Positions 15,454-24,307 of a stretch of 24,403 nucleotides of DNA are shown one piece after another. Positions within the stretch are counted from its first letter, which is position 1. The number at the start of each line of letters is the position of its first letter. The stretch comes from a virus (taxonomy: Duplodnaviria > Caudoviricetes), in IMG/VR virus record IMGVR_UViG_3300025773_000039, positions 1 through 24,403 of that record. The stretch is one strand, 5' to 3'. The position numbers and the translations under genes are program-made. The notes beneath the pieces were generated by a model. That model was given only the letters and a program-made list of their open reading frames with translations. It searched no databases and was not told where the DNA came from.

Positions 15454-16590
15454 TTAGATCGTTATTGAATATGGGTTCATTGGTGAAGTGTTAATCTCCA
15501 CGCGCCAAGACTCGGGCGTAATGCTGTGATTAAAGCCTTCTACAACGCAATAAAGCTCCAGAGTTCTACCATCAACAGTTGTGCGCTCGATAGTAACCTG
15601 GTCGCCAATTTCAAGGGACAACAAATCAGGGTACAAGGCACCAAGAGCAAATGCAGAGAACTGCACTGATTGAACAAGGGTTTGGGGATTGTGATCTTTG
15701 TACGCCAGATATTTAGCAAGATTATCAGCGTCTGAATCGTTGAGAATTGGCGCATTTACGGTGATTGTTTTTAAGCCAAACGCCGTTGTTGAAGGCAGGT
15801 GTCTATACCGGCGCTGTGTGCCGCTTTCGCGCTGAATAAGGGCTTCGTTAATGACCTGATATGTGCCAGGGGTTGTTTCAAGCACGTCGTATTCCACGGT
15901 ATTTGTGGCACGAGAATCAGACAATAGAAGTCGTGTAACGCGGCTAAACTTGTCACTTAGAGGTAGAAAAGTGGCCGTTCCCTCACGGCTAATAAAGAAT
16001 CGACCAGCCTCGCACGCTACGCACTGCTCAATAATGTTCTGCAATGTAGCTGATTGTGTTGTAGCTTCCATCTGAACGGAGCCTGAAAGGTTCCTAGAAT
16101 CAGTCCAGTTGGCGTAGGTCAACATTCTTCCGACTCTGGTTGATGTTGTTTCTGCAGCATATCCTGCAGGAGATACAGCTAGCGCGTACATCTTAGACAA
16201 CAGAGCAATGCCATCGGTAAATGTCATTGTGGCGTTTGGTGAAAAACCCTGGTCAACAAGACTGGTTTCAAGGAATCCGACAAAAAGGTAATAACCTGTT
16301 CCCTGCCAGGTTCCAATAATGCGCGTTTTTAATCCTGCTTTTAGCTGGTTAACACCGCCTACAACGTACGGAGAACCAGACAGAGTGTATTCTGGGTCAT
16401 AATAGCCGCTGAAGTTATCAACAACAATGCTGGCGTGTCCTGGGTCGTTTTTCTGGTCCGCTCTTGTGCGTCCTCGAGTAAACGAGACTTCACGAAGATC
16501 GCTGACATTGACTCTTACCCATGATCCGTTGATATAAAACTCAACAGCAATTGTTGGTCCGTTAGTCGATCCGTCAAGAAATGATGTCAT
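15454..16590 (-). CDS. Minor tail / tail tip protein
   Basis: Follows tape measure; RGR...PG..; E.G.FFISREG...F; LEIGD.V.I; VEG..H.ITP..W. Confidence 0.8.
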   Translation of the reverse strand: MTSFLDGSTNGPTIAVEFYINGSWVRVNVSDLREVSFTRGRTRADQKNDPGHASIVVDNFSGYYDPEYTLSGSPYVVGGVNQLKAGLKTRIIGTWQGTGYYLFVGFLETSLVDQGFSPNATMTFTDGIALLSKMYALAVSPAGYAAETTSTRVGRMLTYANWTDSRNLSGSVQMEATTQSATLQNIIEQCVACEAGRFFISREGTATFLPLSDKFSRVTRLLLSDSRATNTVEYDVLETTPGTYQVINEALIQRESGTQRRYRHLPSTTAFGLKTITVNAPILNDSDADNLAKYLAYKDHNPQTLVQSVQFSAFALGALYPDLLSLEIGDQVTIERTTVDGRTLELYCVVEGFNHSITPESWRVEINTSPMNPYSITI

Positions 16591-18126
16591 TTATAGCCCC
16601 AGAGCTGAAAGTGGTGCACCCTTACGGCGCAGAAGTTGAGCTAGCTCATTGCGCATACGAACGGCAAGGTCTTTTTCGGCAATAACCGAACCTTGCACGT
16701 TGATTGTCACATTCATCCCCTGTCCCATCCCTGATTTATTTAATGGTACAACAGCCTCTGGACCGGCCTCGCCAATCAAAGCTACTGTTGGAGAACTTAC
16801 TACACCGCCGTCGGCAAGGTGCGGAATCTTTGGAATGTTAATTCCAAATTCTTCTCCGCCAAGAAATGATGGCAGCTTGATGTGAATCTTATCGAGGAGA
16901 CCAATAGCTCCGTTGATGAGGTCAATAATTCCGTTAATTTCCATCTTGAAGCCATCAACAATAACGCTGAAGATTTTACCTATGGCATCGCCAACAGTCT
17001 TGACAATGTTCCACAAATCCTTGAAAACGTTGATAACAATAATTATGGCATCCTTTACGGCGCCTACTGCCAGAACAGTTGCCTTCCAGGCTGCTAACAA
17101 GACAACGCCAACAACCGGAGCCAATACCGTCACAATAAAGTTGCCAACATCCTTCAGAATTGGGAAGATGGCGTTAAATACTTCCTTGACATCATTAAAT
17201 ACTTTTCCAAAGTCTTTTCCAAGGCTACTGAAAATGCCCATTTTTGTGCCCGTTGATTCGAAGTGTTGGCCAAGCTGGATAATCCAATCAACAACGTCTT
17301 TTATGAATGGAACTAGCTTTGATACCACATTACCAATTGCCTCAAATGCTGGGCGAAGAAGTGTTGTCAAAACCGGGACAATCTTGGCAAATCCCGAGGC
17401 TGCCGCAGTAAGCGCCGGATAAAGATATTGGCCAAGCTGAACCTGAAGGCCAGACATTGCAGCCGTGAACTCACGGTGCGCCATAATGTTGGCTTGAACA
17501 GCTTTTAGGTTGTTAGCAGTAAGTACAAGTCCATACTTCTGAGCTTCTTGCTCAAGTTCGACCAAACCAGCGCGTCCTTTATTGAGGAATGGCAACATTG
17601 TAAGACCAGACTTACCAAACAAAGCAACTGCTTCCGCTGTCTTCTGGACGCCGTTAGGCATCTTTGAGAACTTGTCGGCGGTCTCAAGCAATAGCTCATT
17701 CATGCTCTTAATATGACCGGATGAGTCTCTGGTCGTGATACCGAGCTCCTGAATAGGCTTTTTATTAGCTAAAACAACTGTTGAAAACTTCTTTAATGTC
17801 ATTTGAGCAGCGTCGGCTGAAAGTCCGGTCTCCTCAAATGCAAAGCGTAGCTTAGAAGCATCTTCTGCAGTACCGCCAGTAACGCGCTGGATCTGCAGGA
17901 CTTCGCCGCCAACTTTTTGGAACTCGTTAATGGATTCCTTGGCAAATCCTGTAACCTCGTTCAGAGCACTGGTCATCAGGTTACCGCTGAATACGCCAGC
18001 GGCTATTTCCTTGATTTTTCCAAAGGCTCCGCCGGTGTTCTCGGCTTCTTTACCAATTTTCTTCAGTGTTGAAGAGGCTGAACGGTCATAACCATAGATA
18101 TTGACGCCAAGATCTGTACTGGCCAT
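16591..18126 (-). CDS. Tape measure protein
   Basis: D.AS..L; ALFGKSG..MLPFL; amphipathic repeats; IPHLADGGVV..PTVALIGEAGPEAVVPL. Confidence 0.92.
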   Translation of the reverse strand: MASTDLGVNIYGYDRSASSTLKKIGKEAENTGGAFGKIKEIAAGVFSGNLMTSALNEVTGFAKESINEFQKVGGEVLQIQRVTGGTAEDASKLRFAFEETGLSADAAQMTLKKFSTVVLANKKPIQELGITTRDSSGHIKSMNELLLETADKFSKMPNGVQKTAEAVALFGKSGLTMLPFLNKGRAGLVELEQEAQKYGLVLTANNLKAVQANIMAHREFTAAMSGLQVQLGQYLYPALTAAASGFAKIVPVLTTLLRPAFEAIGNVVSKLVPFIKDVVDWIIQLGQHFESTGTKMGIFSSLGKDFGKVFNDVKEVFNAIFPILKDVGNFIVTVLAPVVGVVLLAAWKATVLAVGAVKDAIIIVINVFKDLWNIVKTVGDAIGKIFSVIVDGFKMEINGIIDLINGAIGLLDKIHIKLPSFLGGEEFGINIPKIPHLADGGVVSSPTVALIGEAGPEAVVPLNKSGMGQGMNVTINVQGSVIAEKDLAVRMRNELAQLLRRKGAPLSALGL

Positions 18127-18134
18127 GATTTCTC

Positions 18135-18604
18135 CTAGTTTTCGCCGTTATTGGTTTTTGCTGCGTTTATTAAATCGTTTAATAGTGACAATTCTATATC
18201 CCACACGTTTAATGGCGTGATTCCTGGGTAGAAATGGCATAGAAGAGCTATATGCTTACGTATGTGCCCGTGAGTTCCGCCTCGGACTAAGCCTCGGCTG
18301 ATGGCTCTTTTGGGTCTGATACTCCAGCAGTAATTTCGTCGATGGAATATGTGTTGAGCACATCATCAACAGAAACAATCTTTCCGGCCCTTGTCATGCA
18401 AATCCAAGCTAGTGCGTAAAGCGCCTTAACCTTGGAATATGCTGGATTTGGGTAAAGCTTTTCACCCTCAGAAAGGGTAGACAGAAGCGTCAAGCCATCA
18501 AGGCCAAAGGCTTCTTCAATAGTAATAATCTCGCGGCCTGTTGGGCCTTGAGTATTGTTCTCGCTTGGTAGATCAAAAGATTCACCACGGATAATTAAAG
18601 GCAT
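18135..18604 (-). CDS. Tail assembly chaperone, -1 frameshifted long form (gpGT-like)
   Basis: Slippery C CCA AAA at 18314-18308; -1 frame open to TAG at 18135: ...LLCHFYPGITPLNVWDIELSLLNDLI... Confidence 0.8.
18287..18604 (-). CDS. Tail assembly chaperone, short form (gpG-like)
   Basis: Start MPLII at 18604 after SD AGGGG; upstream of tape measure; DPK at the slippery site. Confidence 0.8.
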   Translation of the reverse strand: MPLIIRGESFDLPSENNTQGPTGREIITIEEAFGLDGLTLLSTLSEGEKLYPNPAYSKVKALYALAWICMTRAGKIVSVDDVLNTYSIDEITAGVSDPKEPSAEA

Positions 18605-18617
18605 TTGGTTCCCCCTG

Positions 18618-19172
18618 TTATTTAATAAGACCAGTTTCCGACATTGCATCTAGGAATGATTTTGCAACTTCTTCCTCGATTTGGTTCTTGTGTGCAGCAG
18701 CGGTATGAACTAAATAAGGCTTTGGAGACTGTTGAACCCAACGACCAGCCCAAGAACCGCTTCTTGCGCCTGCATCTGCAAATACTGGGTGTCTCCACGG
18801 CTTGCGAGAAAGACCTTCCATATAACGTGGAAGCTTTCTGTACTTACCTGTCTTATTTGCAAATGTTGTACCAGACACGTGTATTCTAATACTAAAACCC
18901 TTTTTGGAGTTTGTAGCATTGACTTTTGTCTGAACGGCGGCAGCAATTCCCGCCCTGAGTCCCAGCTCAGACTCTCCCCGTCGGGATTTAGCTGCCGTTC
19001 CGCTCTTAGCTGGCGTGTTGAGCGCCGCTTCTTTTACTTCTTGCGCAATAGGTCTCGCAATAGCGGTTAACCTCTTGCGTAGTTGCTTCTGAACATCAGC
19101 GTCAATAGTCTTGACCGCCTTGTAAAACTTTACAAGGTCTGGGCTTTCAACATTGACGTCTAGAGCTGCCAT
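18618..19172 (-). CDS. Tail completion / HK97 gp10-like minor tail protein
   Basis: Basic; LR..IA; WRHPVF....WV.Q..KPYL; position in tail block. Confidence 0.7.
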   Translation of the reverse strand: MAALDVNVESPDLVKFYKAVKTIDADVQKQLRKRLTAIARPIAQEVKEAALNTPAKSGTAAKSRRGESELGLRAGIAAAVQTKVNATNSKKGFSIRIHVSGTTFANKTGKYRKLPRYMEGLSRKPWRHPVFADAGARSGSWAGRWVQQSPKPYLVHTAAAHKNQIEEEVAKSFLDAMSETGLIK

Positions 19173-19173
19173 A

Positions 19174-20151
19174 TTAGAGAGCGTTGTCGCTTGTCTGATA
19201 GACGATGGTCAATGGCTGATCTGTACCGTTGTCATAAGCGGTAAAGGTCATTGCAACATCAATGACACCAGGTCCTGGAACCTTTGGTGTGTCAGCATCG
19301 AACTTAACAGCTGAAACCGTGATCGACAATGACTGCTTGTATGTGCTAGCAATTGTCGCACCAGTAAAGGTGAGATTAAGCGCTGCTGATGAATCTGTAA
19401 GGTACTTGTTGAGCAATGTGAGATCGGTGAATTCAGCGGTCAGCTTTCCTGTGATCTTGCGGAAACCGTTGATGATCTGCTCAGCTTTAGCACCAGAAGA
19501 ACCAAGGTTGTAACGATCTGCTTTAATGACGTTATCAACAGTGAGGGTGAAATCCTTGACGTTGGCAACTGATGTGCCGTCGACAGTGATTGCGCCCTGG
19601 GCAAAGTGGAAGATAGAACCGTTTGCTGGGTATGAAGCGGTCGCCAAAGACTGTGTTGTAGAGAAGCCAGCACCGTCAATGTTGAACTTACCTGTAGCTA
19701 ATCCACCGGCTGCAACTTCTACTTCCCATGAAGCAACCTTTGCGCCGGTAATTGTCTTAGGAACTACTGTTCCTGTGTACTCTGGAACGCCAACCTGAAC
19801 TGTAGCAGAACGTCCATAAATGTCACCAAGGGTGAATGTATAGCTATAAACGCCAGTGCTTACTGTTGTTGGTGATGGTGCAGTTCCAGTGGCCAATGCC
19901 AAAAGCTGACCAAGACCATTGGTTGGAAGGTCAAGCATAATGTCGCCAGTTGCGTCAAATGTTGTAACAACACGACGCTGTGAGCGAGGTAGCAAGCCGC
20001 CAGCACGAAGGCCTAGACCCTCGACTGTCTTCTTGTTGTAGTTAATGCCTTCAGATGTGAACTCGTAGAAACGAGACACGGTGACAGGCGTATTAAAAGT
20101 CGTCTCGAACGCGATTCCCAGTTGGGAACCAATTCCGGCGCCGATTGCCAT
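19174..20151 (-). CDS. Major tail tube protein
   Basis: G...QLGIA.ETTF.T; beta-rich; G.R.ITG.L..EF; position. Confidence 0.85.
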   Translation of the reverse strand: MAIGAGIGSQLGIAFETTFNTPVTVSRFYEFTSEGINYNKKTVEGLGLRAGGLLPRSQRRVVTTFDATGDIMLDLPTNGLGQLLALATGTAPSPTTVSTGVYSYTFTLGDIYGRSATVQVGVPEYTGTVVPKTITGAKVASWEVEVAAGGLATGKFNIDGAGFSTTQSLATASYPANGSIFHFAQGAITVDGTSVANVKDFTLTVDNVIKADRYNLGSSGAKAEQIINGFRKITGKLTAEFTDLTLLNKYLTDSSAALNLTFTGATIASTYKQSLSITVSAVKFDADTPKVPGPGVIDVAMTFTAYDNGTDQPLTIVYQTSDNAL

Positions 20152-20159
20152 GTTATCTC

Positions 20160-20390
20160 CTAGTTAGCTGGAGCAGCGTCTGCTGCTGGGGTTTCAGGGT
20201 TTGGGGTTGATGCAGGTGTTACTACTGCGGCTGCTGCCTGATCTGCTGCTGCCCAGTTCGATGTCTGCTCCAAGAGAGAAGCTGCAACTGTTGCATCGGC
20301 AACATCGAAAGTTGAGTTTGCGTTGACGGTTAATCCAAGTGATGGAATATAAACGTCGCCTAGTGGTGAAACGTTTTTGATCTTTGCCAT
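20160..20390 (-). CDS. Hypothetical virion-region protein
   Basis: SD AGGAG; between tail terminator and tube genes; Ala/Pro tail. Confidence 0.7.
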   Translation of the reverse strand: MAKIKNVSPLGDVYIPSLGLTVNANSTFDVADATVAASLLEQTSNWAAADQAAAAVVTPASTPNPETPAADAAPAN

Positions 20391-20399
20391 GTTTTCTCC

Positions 20400-20861
20400 T
20401 TAGATTCTTGCTCGGTAAAGAATTGTGAAATCAATGACCACTGCAGAACCAGCGTTGGTCTGCATTTGGCGAATTCTGTGGCTATCAAGGCCTGAATAAA
20501 GAACAGCGCCGCTGAAGCTTGGATCAGAGCGGATAATTGTGTCCACCGCTGACAATAAAGTCTGGCCATTAGCTCTGTTGGTGGCCATTGTTGTATCACC
20601 GCTTTGGGCAACTAGCATGCAGTTCAAGGTTCCATCCTCAAACATCTTGTAGTTTCCAACAAGTTCCCAGTTGTTTTTGGACTCAGAAGCTACAACATCT
20701 CCGCTTTCATTGCCATCATGTCCAACGGCAATATAACTGCCAGGATAAGAGTCAATGTTAATATCCGGACCATCGTAAATCTGGATTCCAGTCAATAATG
20801 GTGATGCCTTGAAAGCTGCAATGACATTTGTAATCAGATTTTCAATTGCTGATGTGGCCAT
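20400..20861 (-). CDS. Putative tail terminator
   Basis: IYDGP; IRSDPSFSG.V; size and position after head-tail adaptor. Confidence 0.65.
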   Translation of the reverse strand: MATSAIENLITNVIAAFKASPLLTGIQIYDGPDINIDSYPGSYIAVGHDGNESGDVVASESKNNWELVGNYKMFEDGTLNCMLVAQSGDTTMATNRANGQTLLSAVDTIIRSDPSFSGAVLYSGLDSHRIRQMQTNAGSAVVIDFTILYRARI

Positions 20862-21709
20862 TACAAGATACCCGGCAAACTAATTGGATCGAGCAATCCC
20901 ATAACTCGACGTGGCATAGAGAAGGTTGAACCTGAGTAAAAATCGTCACCGTTTTGGTTACGGGTAATCACGTTCATAGAACCGCGTTGTGTCTGCCACA
21001 GATGGCGAACAATCTCAAGAACACCCTGCTTTGCTTGTGGGTGAGGGTTGACATAACCGGCAACATAAGAAACCGTGATGTTTCTAGCTCCTGGTGCCCA
21101 GATACCAAAGAAGTTTGGTTCATTAAGGGAACCGGATGTTACTCGATCAAGGCGCTGACCTGTGTAATCCAGCGCATAATCTGTTGCACCTAAAGTAATT
21201 CCGTTTTCAACAACGCTAATAATGCTGATTGCACGAGGGTGGAGAAGGCGCAAAGTCTGTTGATTTCCATCGTAGACTTCATTGGTAAATGTCTGGCGAC
21301 CAAGAATGGTTCCTGTGTAATTTTGGGCCATTTCAGTAGCCGCATCGACAAAGCGATATAGCTCAAGATCGTTGGTTGTTATCGTTGACGAAATGTTGAG
21401 GTGATCTTTTACCTCGTCAATAGAAACAATGGAAATCGAATTTGGGTCGCGGACGGTGAAGTCATCAGCGTATGAGCTAGCATTTGTTCCTGTAGCTACC
21501 CAGAAAACTGTGTGACGACCAGCCTGAGACGGAGTGTAGTTTACGTCATAAAGTCCGGTTCCAGAGTGGTTAACCGTTGGTGTCGCAGTGGTACCATCTG
21601 GCAAAGTAATGGTCAATACGACCGCTGTTGCGTCTGCTGCAGTTCCAGAGCTATTGGTTACAGTAATACCAAGAGGGACTGAGCTTCCGAGGAAATACGT
21701 ACTGGCCAT
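20861..21709 (-). CDS. Head-tail connector/adaptor with N-terminal Ig-like extension
   Basis: VS.DEVK.HLNI...D..L...DAAT...NYTG; ITVSY.AGY; V..LLDP; ~85 aa Thr-rich beta N-terminal domain. Confidence 0.8.
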   Translation of the reverse strand: MASTYFLGSSVPLGITVTNSSGTAADATAVVLTITLPDGTTATPTVNHSGTGLYDVNYTPSQAGRHTVFWVATGTNASSYADDFTVRDPNSISIVSIDEVKDHLNISSTITTNDLELYRFVDAATEMAQNYTGTILGRQTFTNEVYDGNQQTLRLLHPRAISIISVVENGITLGATDYALDYTGQRLDRVTSGSLNEPNFFGIWAPGARNITVSYVAGYVNPHPQAKQGVLEIVRHLWQTQRGSMNVITRNQNGDDFYSGSTFSMPRRVMGLLDPISLPGIL

Positions 21710-21712
21710 CGG

Positions 21713-21916
21713 TTATCGACCTTTCATAGATGCTGATGATGTCTGACGTTCGGCCATATTTCCCATAATTGAGGTGTAGTCATACGTCCACAATGAGTTG
21801 TTGTAAGAAATACCGCTCTGATCGTAAAGATAATGATTCAGAATTGAAGCTGGAGTGGCCCGATAAACCATGCTTGGCGCAGTGACGATTCTTTCCGTCA
21901 TTGTGCTTGCAGACAT
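21713..21916 (-). CDS. Hypothetical protein
   Basis: Fills the gap between glycosyltransferase and connector; SD AAGGAG. Confidence 0.6.
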   Translation of the reverse strand: MSASTMTERIVTAPSMVYRATPASILNHYLYDQSGISYNNSLWTYDYTSIMGNMAERQTSSASMKGR

Positions 21917-21917
21917 A

Positions 21918-22979
21918 TTAGCTCCTTAGTTGGTACCAGCCATCTTCCCAAAGCGTGAGAAGTCTCTGAAAATAAGCCTCGTACTCAAGGCCGATTGTAT
22001 CAAGGGAATAATGATTTACCGAATGTTCCCTAATTGCTTTGCGGTCTAGTTTCTTTACGTCTTCTGCGGCCTGTAAGAACTCGGACAATGTTCTGCAGCG
22101 ATAACCGGTTACGCCGTTGGGATTGTTCTCTGTAAATGCGCCCCAGTCGGTCGTGATTGTAGGCGTTCCACAAGCTTGAGACTCGATCACGACGTTTCCG
22201 AAAGGTTCTATGTAAAGAGTAGGGGCTAATGTCGCGATCGCCTTTCCCATAAGTTCGGCGCGCTCTTTGGGGTTAACCGATCCGATGTAATCACCATAGC
22301 CGCCAGGATTTTCACCAGGTCCGGCAATGATAAGGCGCTTTCCAAGACGTTCGCATACTTCTTGAGCTATTCTGAAGCCCTTGCGGTCAATGACTCGACC
22401 GATGAAAAGGTAGTAATCACCATCTCCGTCCCCAAGTGGGAACATGTCTGGTTCTAAATATCCAGGAATCACAACGTCAAAAAACTTGCCATCAACGGTT
22501 GTCGGATTTTGATATGCAGCATAAATTGAGTGCATCCAAGCATATGACTCAAACACCCGATATTGGGAAAAAACCCCTCCGTAGCCAACGCCAAATTCCA
22601 CAGTCATGTGGTTAGGAAAAGCATCGGCGATTGGCTTCTGAGAAGAACCGCCAATGGCGCAGATAAAGTCTTGAGGCTGAAGTCGCTGCTTCAGTCCCTC
22701 AATAATATTGGCATTAAAGATTTGCCAATGCGGAAGGGTATTGTCCCAGCTCGTAGAAGTGAAGTGCTGATCCCCTACAGCTTCAGCACGTTCAGCTTCC
22801 GTAATACATGTAATAAGCTCAGTGACCGGAGCTTCATTCTGTTCTCCAGCATAGAGATATACCTCGTGACCCAGCTTGTTCATCATCATACAAAAACGAC
22901 GAACCTTCTCAGTAAAGGCACAACCCGCATATTCTTTTGTTACTTGAGTGTGTGGCAAAGCTAGGACATGAAAACGCAT
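21918..22979 (-). CDS. Glycosyltransferase, GT-B fold (GT4-like)
   Basis: YYLFIGRV..RKG; EPFGNVVIESQACGTPTITTDWGAFTE (Ex7E); GVTGYRC. Confidence 0.92.
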   Translation of the reverse strand: MRFHVLALPHTQVTKEYAGCAFTEKVRRFCMMMNKLGHEVYLYAGEQNEAPVTELITCITEAERAEAVGDQHFTSTSWDNTLPHWQIFNANIIEGLKQRLQPQDFICAIGGSSQKPIADAFPNHMTVEFGVGYGGVFSQYRVFESYAWMHSIYAAYQNPTTVDGKFFDVVIPGYLEPDMFPLGDGDGDYYLFIGRVIDRKGFRIAQEVCERLGKRLIIAGPGENPGGYGDYIGSVNPKERAELMGKAIATLAPTLYIEPFGNVVIESQACGTPTITTDWGAFTENNPNGVTGYRCRTLSEFLQAAEDVKKLDRKAIREHSVNHYSLDTIGLEYEAYFQRLLTLWEDGWYQLRS

Positions 22980-22988
22980 TTATTTCCC

Positions 22989-23789
22989 CTATTTCAACAA
23001 GTTAACGAGCGAACGAGTACGCCCGTGAGCCAACTGAGTATAGACCTGAGTTGTTGCTACGCTTGTGTGGCGCATAAGCTCTTTAACAGCGACCAGATCC
23101 CCTCCGGATCGCTCTAGCATATCAGTTGCAAAGTAGTGACGCAATGAGTGGAAATGCTTGGCATCCGGGCCAAGGATTCGACGCATTTCGTTGGCTGCTT
23201 TAGCGCTGAACTTGTTAGCTGTTACATTCCAGAGACGACCAAGAGTATCATATTTCCTGATCGTTTCTGCGACCATTGGGCTGACTGGAATCACCAAATC
23301 TGTGTTTCCCTTGCCAATAACGGTCAGCATTGGGCCCTCGTCGGTATCGAAAAGGTCAGCGCCCTTGATGACGGCAGCTTCGCAGCAACGAAGACCTGCC
23401 ATACCGCCAAGGATAAACCAGTCGCGGAACATTGGTTCAGCTTCTTCGAGAAGCTTAGCGTATTCCGCCTTGGTTACTGGCTTTGGCGAGGATCGACCAA
23501 CCTTAACCTTAGCTAAATCCTCGGCGGGATTATTGCCGTTGACCAGGCCCATCTTGTTCAAGGAGCCATAAATAGAGCGCAATCGAGCGACATAGTTCGC
23601 CTTAGCTGATTGCTTAGTTGCACGTAGAACGATGTTATTTTCCAAGTCTTCGACCGTGGCCAAAGCTGGATGGACGCCGATTCTGCGGATAATCTGCAGA
23701 TCGGTGAGAATGACGCTACGAGTAAAGCCGCTTGCCTGATAACGATTGGTAAGCTTCTTCTCGATTATCTCCATGGGTGTTAGTTCCAT
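22989..23789 (-). CDS. Tyrosine recombinase (compact, Xer/invertase-sized)
   Basis: AGLRCCE (R), GKG (K), HSLRH (HxxR), LMRH, TTQVYT (Y); 266 aa, no room for an arm-binding domain. Confidence 0.93.
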   Translation of the reverse strand: MELTPMEIIEKKLTNRYQASGFTRSVILTDLQIIRRIGVHPALATVEDLENNIVLRATKQSAKANYVARLRSIYGSLNKMGLVNGNNPAEDLAKVKVGRSSPKPVTKAEYAKLLEEAEPMFRDWFILGGMAGLRCCEAAVIKGADLFDTDEGPMLTVIGKGNTDLVIPVSPMVAETIRKYDTLGRLWNVTANKFSAKAANEMRRILGPDAKHFHSLRHYFATDMLERSGGDLVAVKELMRHTSVATTQVYTQLAHGRTRSLVNLLK

Positions 23790-23854
23790 ACCAGGAAACG
23801 TACCAGATTGGAACTACCTTTGCCGGAGTGTTTCGTCCGGCCATCGAAGAGCTA

Positions 23855-23878
23855 GCTAACTCTCGGTGGAGTGTTCCA
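23855..23878 (-). repeat. Putative recombination site A
   Basis: TGGAACACTCCACCGAGAGTTAGC; 19/24 identical to site B; AACACT-N6-AGAGTT dyad. Confidence 0.55.
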
Positions 23879-24047
23879 ATGTCCGATTGATATATCGGTT
23901 GGCAGAGGATTTGGTAAAGAATCTGTAAGGGCCATCATAGACATACCAACTTTGGTAGTTATGTTCTAATTTCTCAATCCACGCGTCATAGTAAAATGGC
24001 CGACGCTTTTTGACTCTGCCGCGAAACTTATCCTTATAAAAAATCAT
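23856..24047 (-). CDS. Hypothetical protein (63 aa), cassette-like
   Basis: ATGA overlap with upstream ORF; AT-rich; bounded by sites A and B. Confidence 0.6.
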   Translation of the reverse strand: MIFYKDKFRGRVKKRRPFYYDAWIEKLEHNYQSWYVYDGPYRFFTKSSANRYINRTLEHSTES

Positions 24048-24253
24048 TCTGGCAAACTCTCAGTCAAGTGTTGCAGTTCAATCTTGACTGGAATGGCGCT
24101 GATAATCTCTCTTTCTTCAAGAGGTACTTCATACCCAAAAATCAAATACTGAACATAGCCGTTGTGTTCTGTTTTCTCCATCAACTGCTGGTATTCAATT
24201 CCTCTAGCGTTCTTGAAACTGACCCAATAAACATCAGGCATATCCATTGCCAT
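24044..24253 (-). CDS. Hypothetical protein (69 aa), cassette-like
   Basis: SD GAAGGGGG; AT-rich; ends in site B. Confidence 0.7.
   Translation of the reverse strand: MAMDMPDVYWVSFKNARGIEYQQLMEKTEHNGYVQYLIFGYEVPLEEREIISAIPVKIELQHLTESLPE
24052..24075 (-). repeat. Putative recombination site B
   Basis: TGCAACACTTGACTGAGAGTTTGC; direct repeat of site A, 197 bp away. Confidence 0.55.
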
Positions 24254-24307
24254 ACCCCCTTCTAGGTAGGAAATACCTTACACTTTCAGGGGGCTAGGCT
24301 GGCAAAT

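Noticed and set aside
23817-23856. Hammerhead-ribozyme-like GGACGAAAC on the minus strand within a branched fold
   Set aside because: The required CUGANGA core is absent (TTCGATGG instead).
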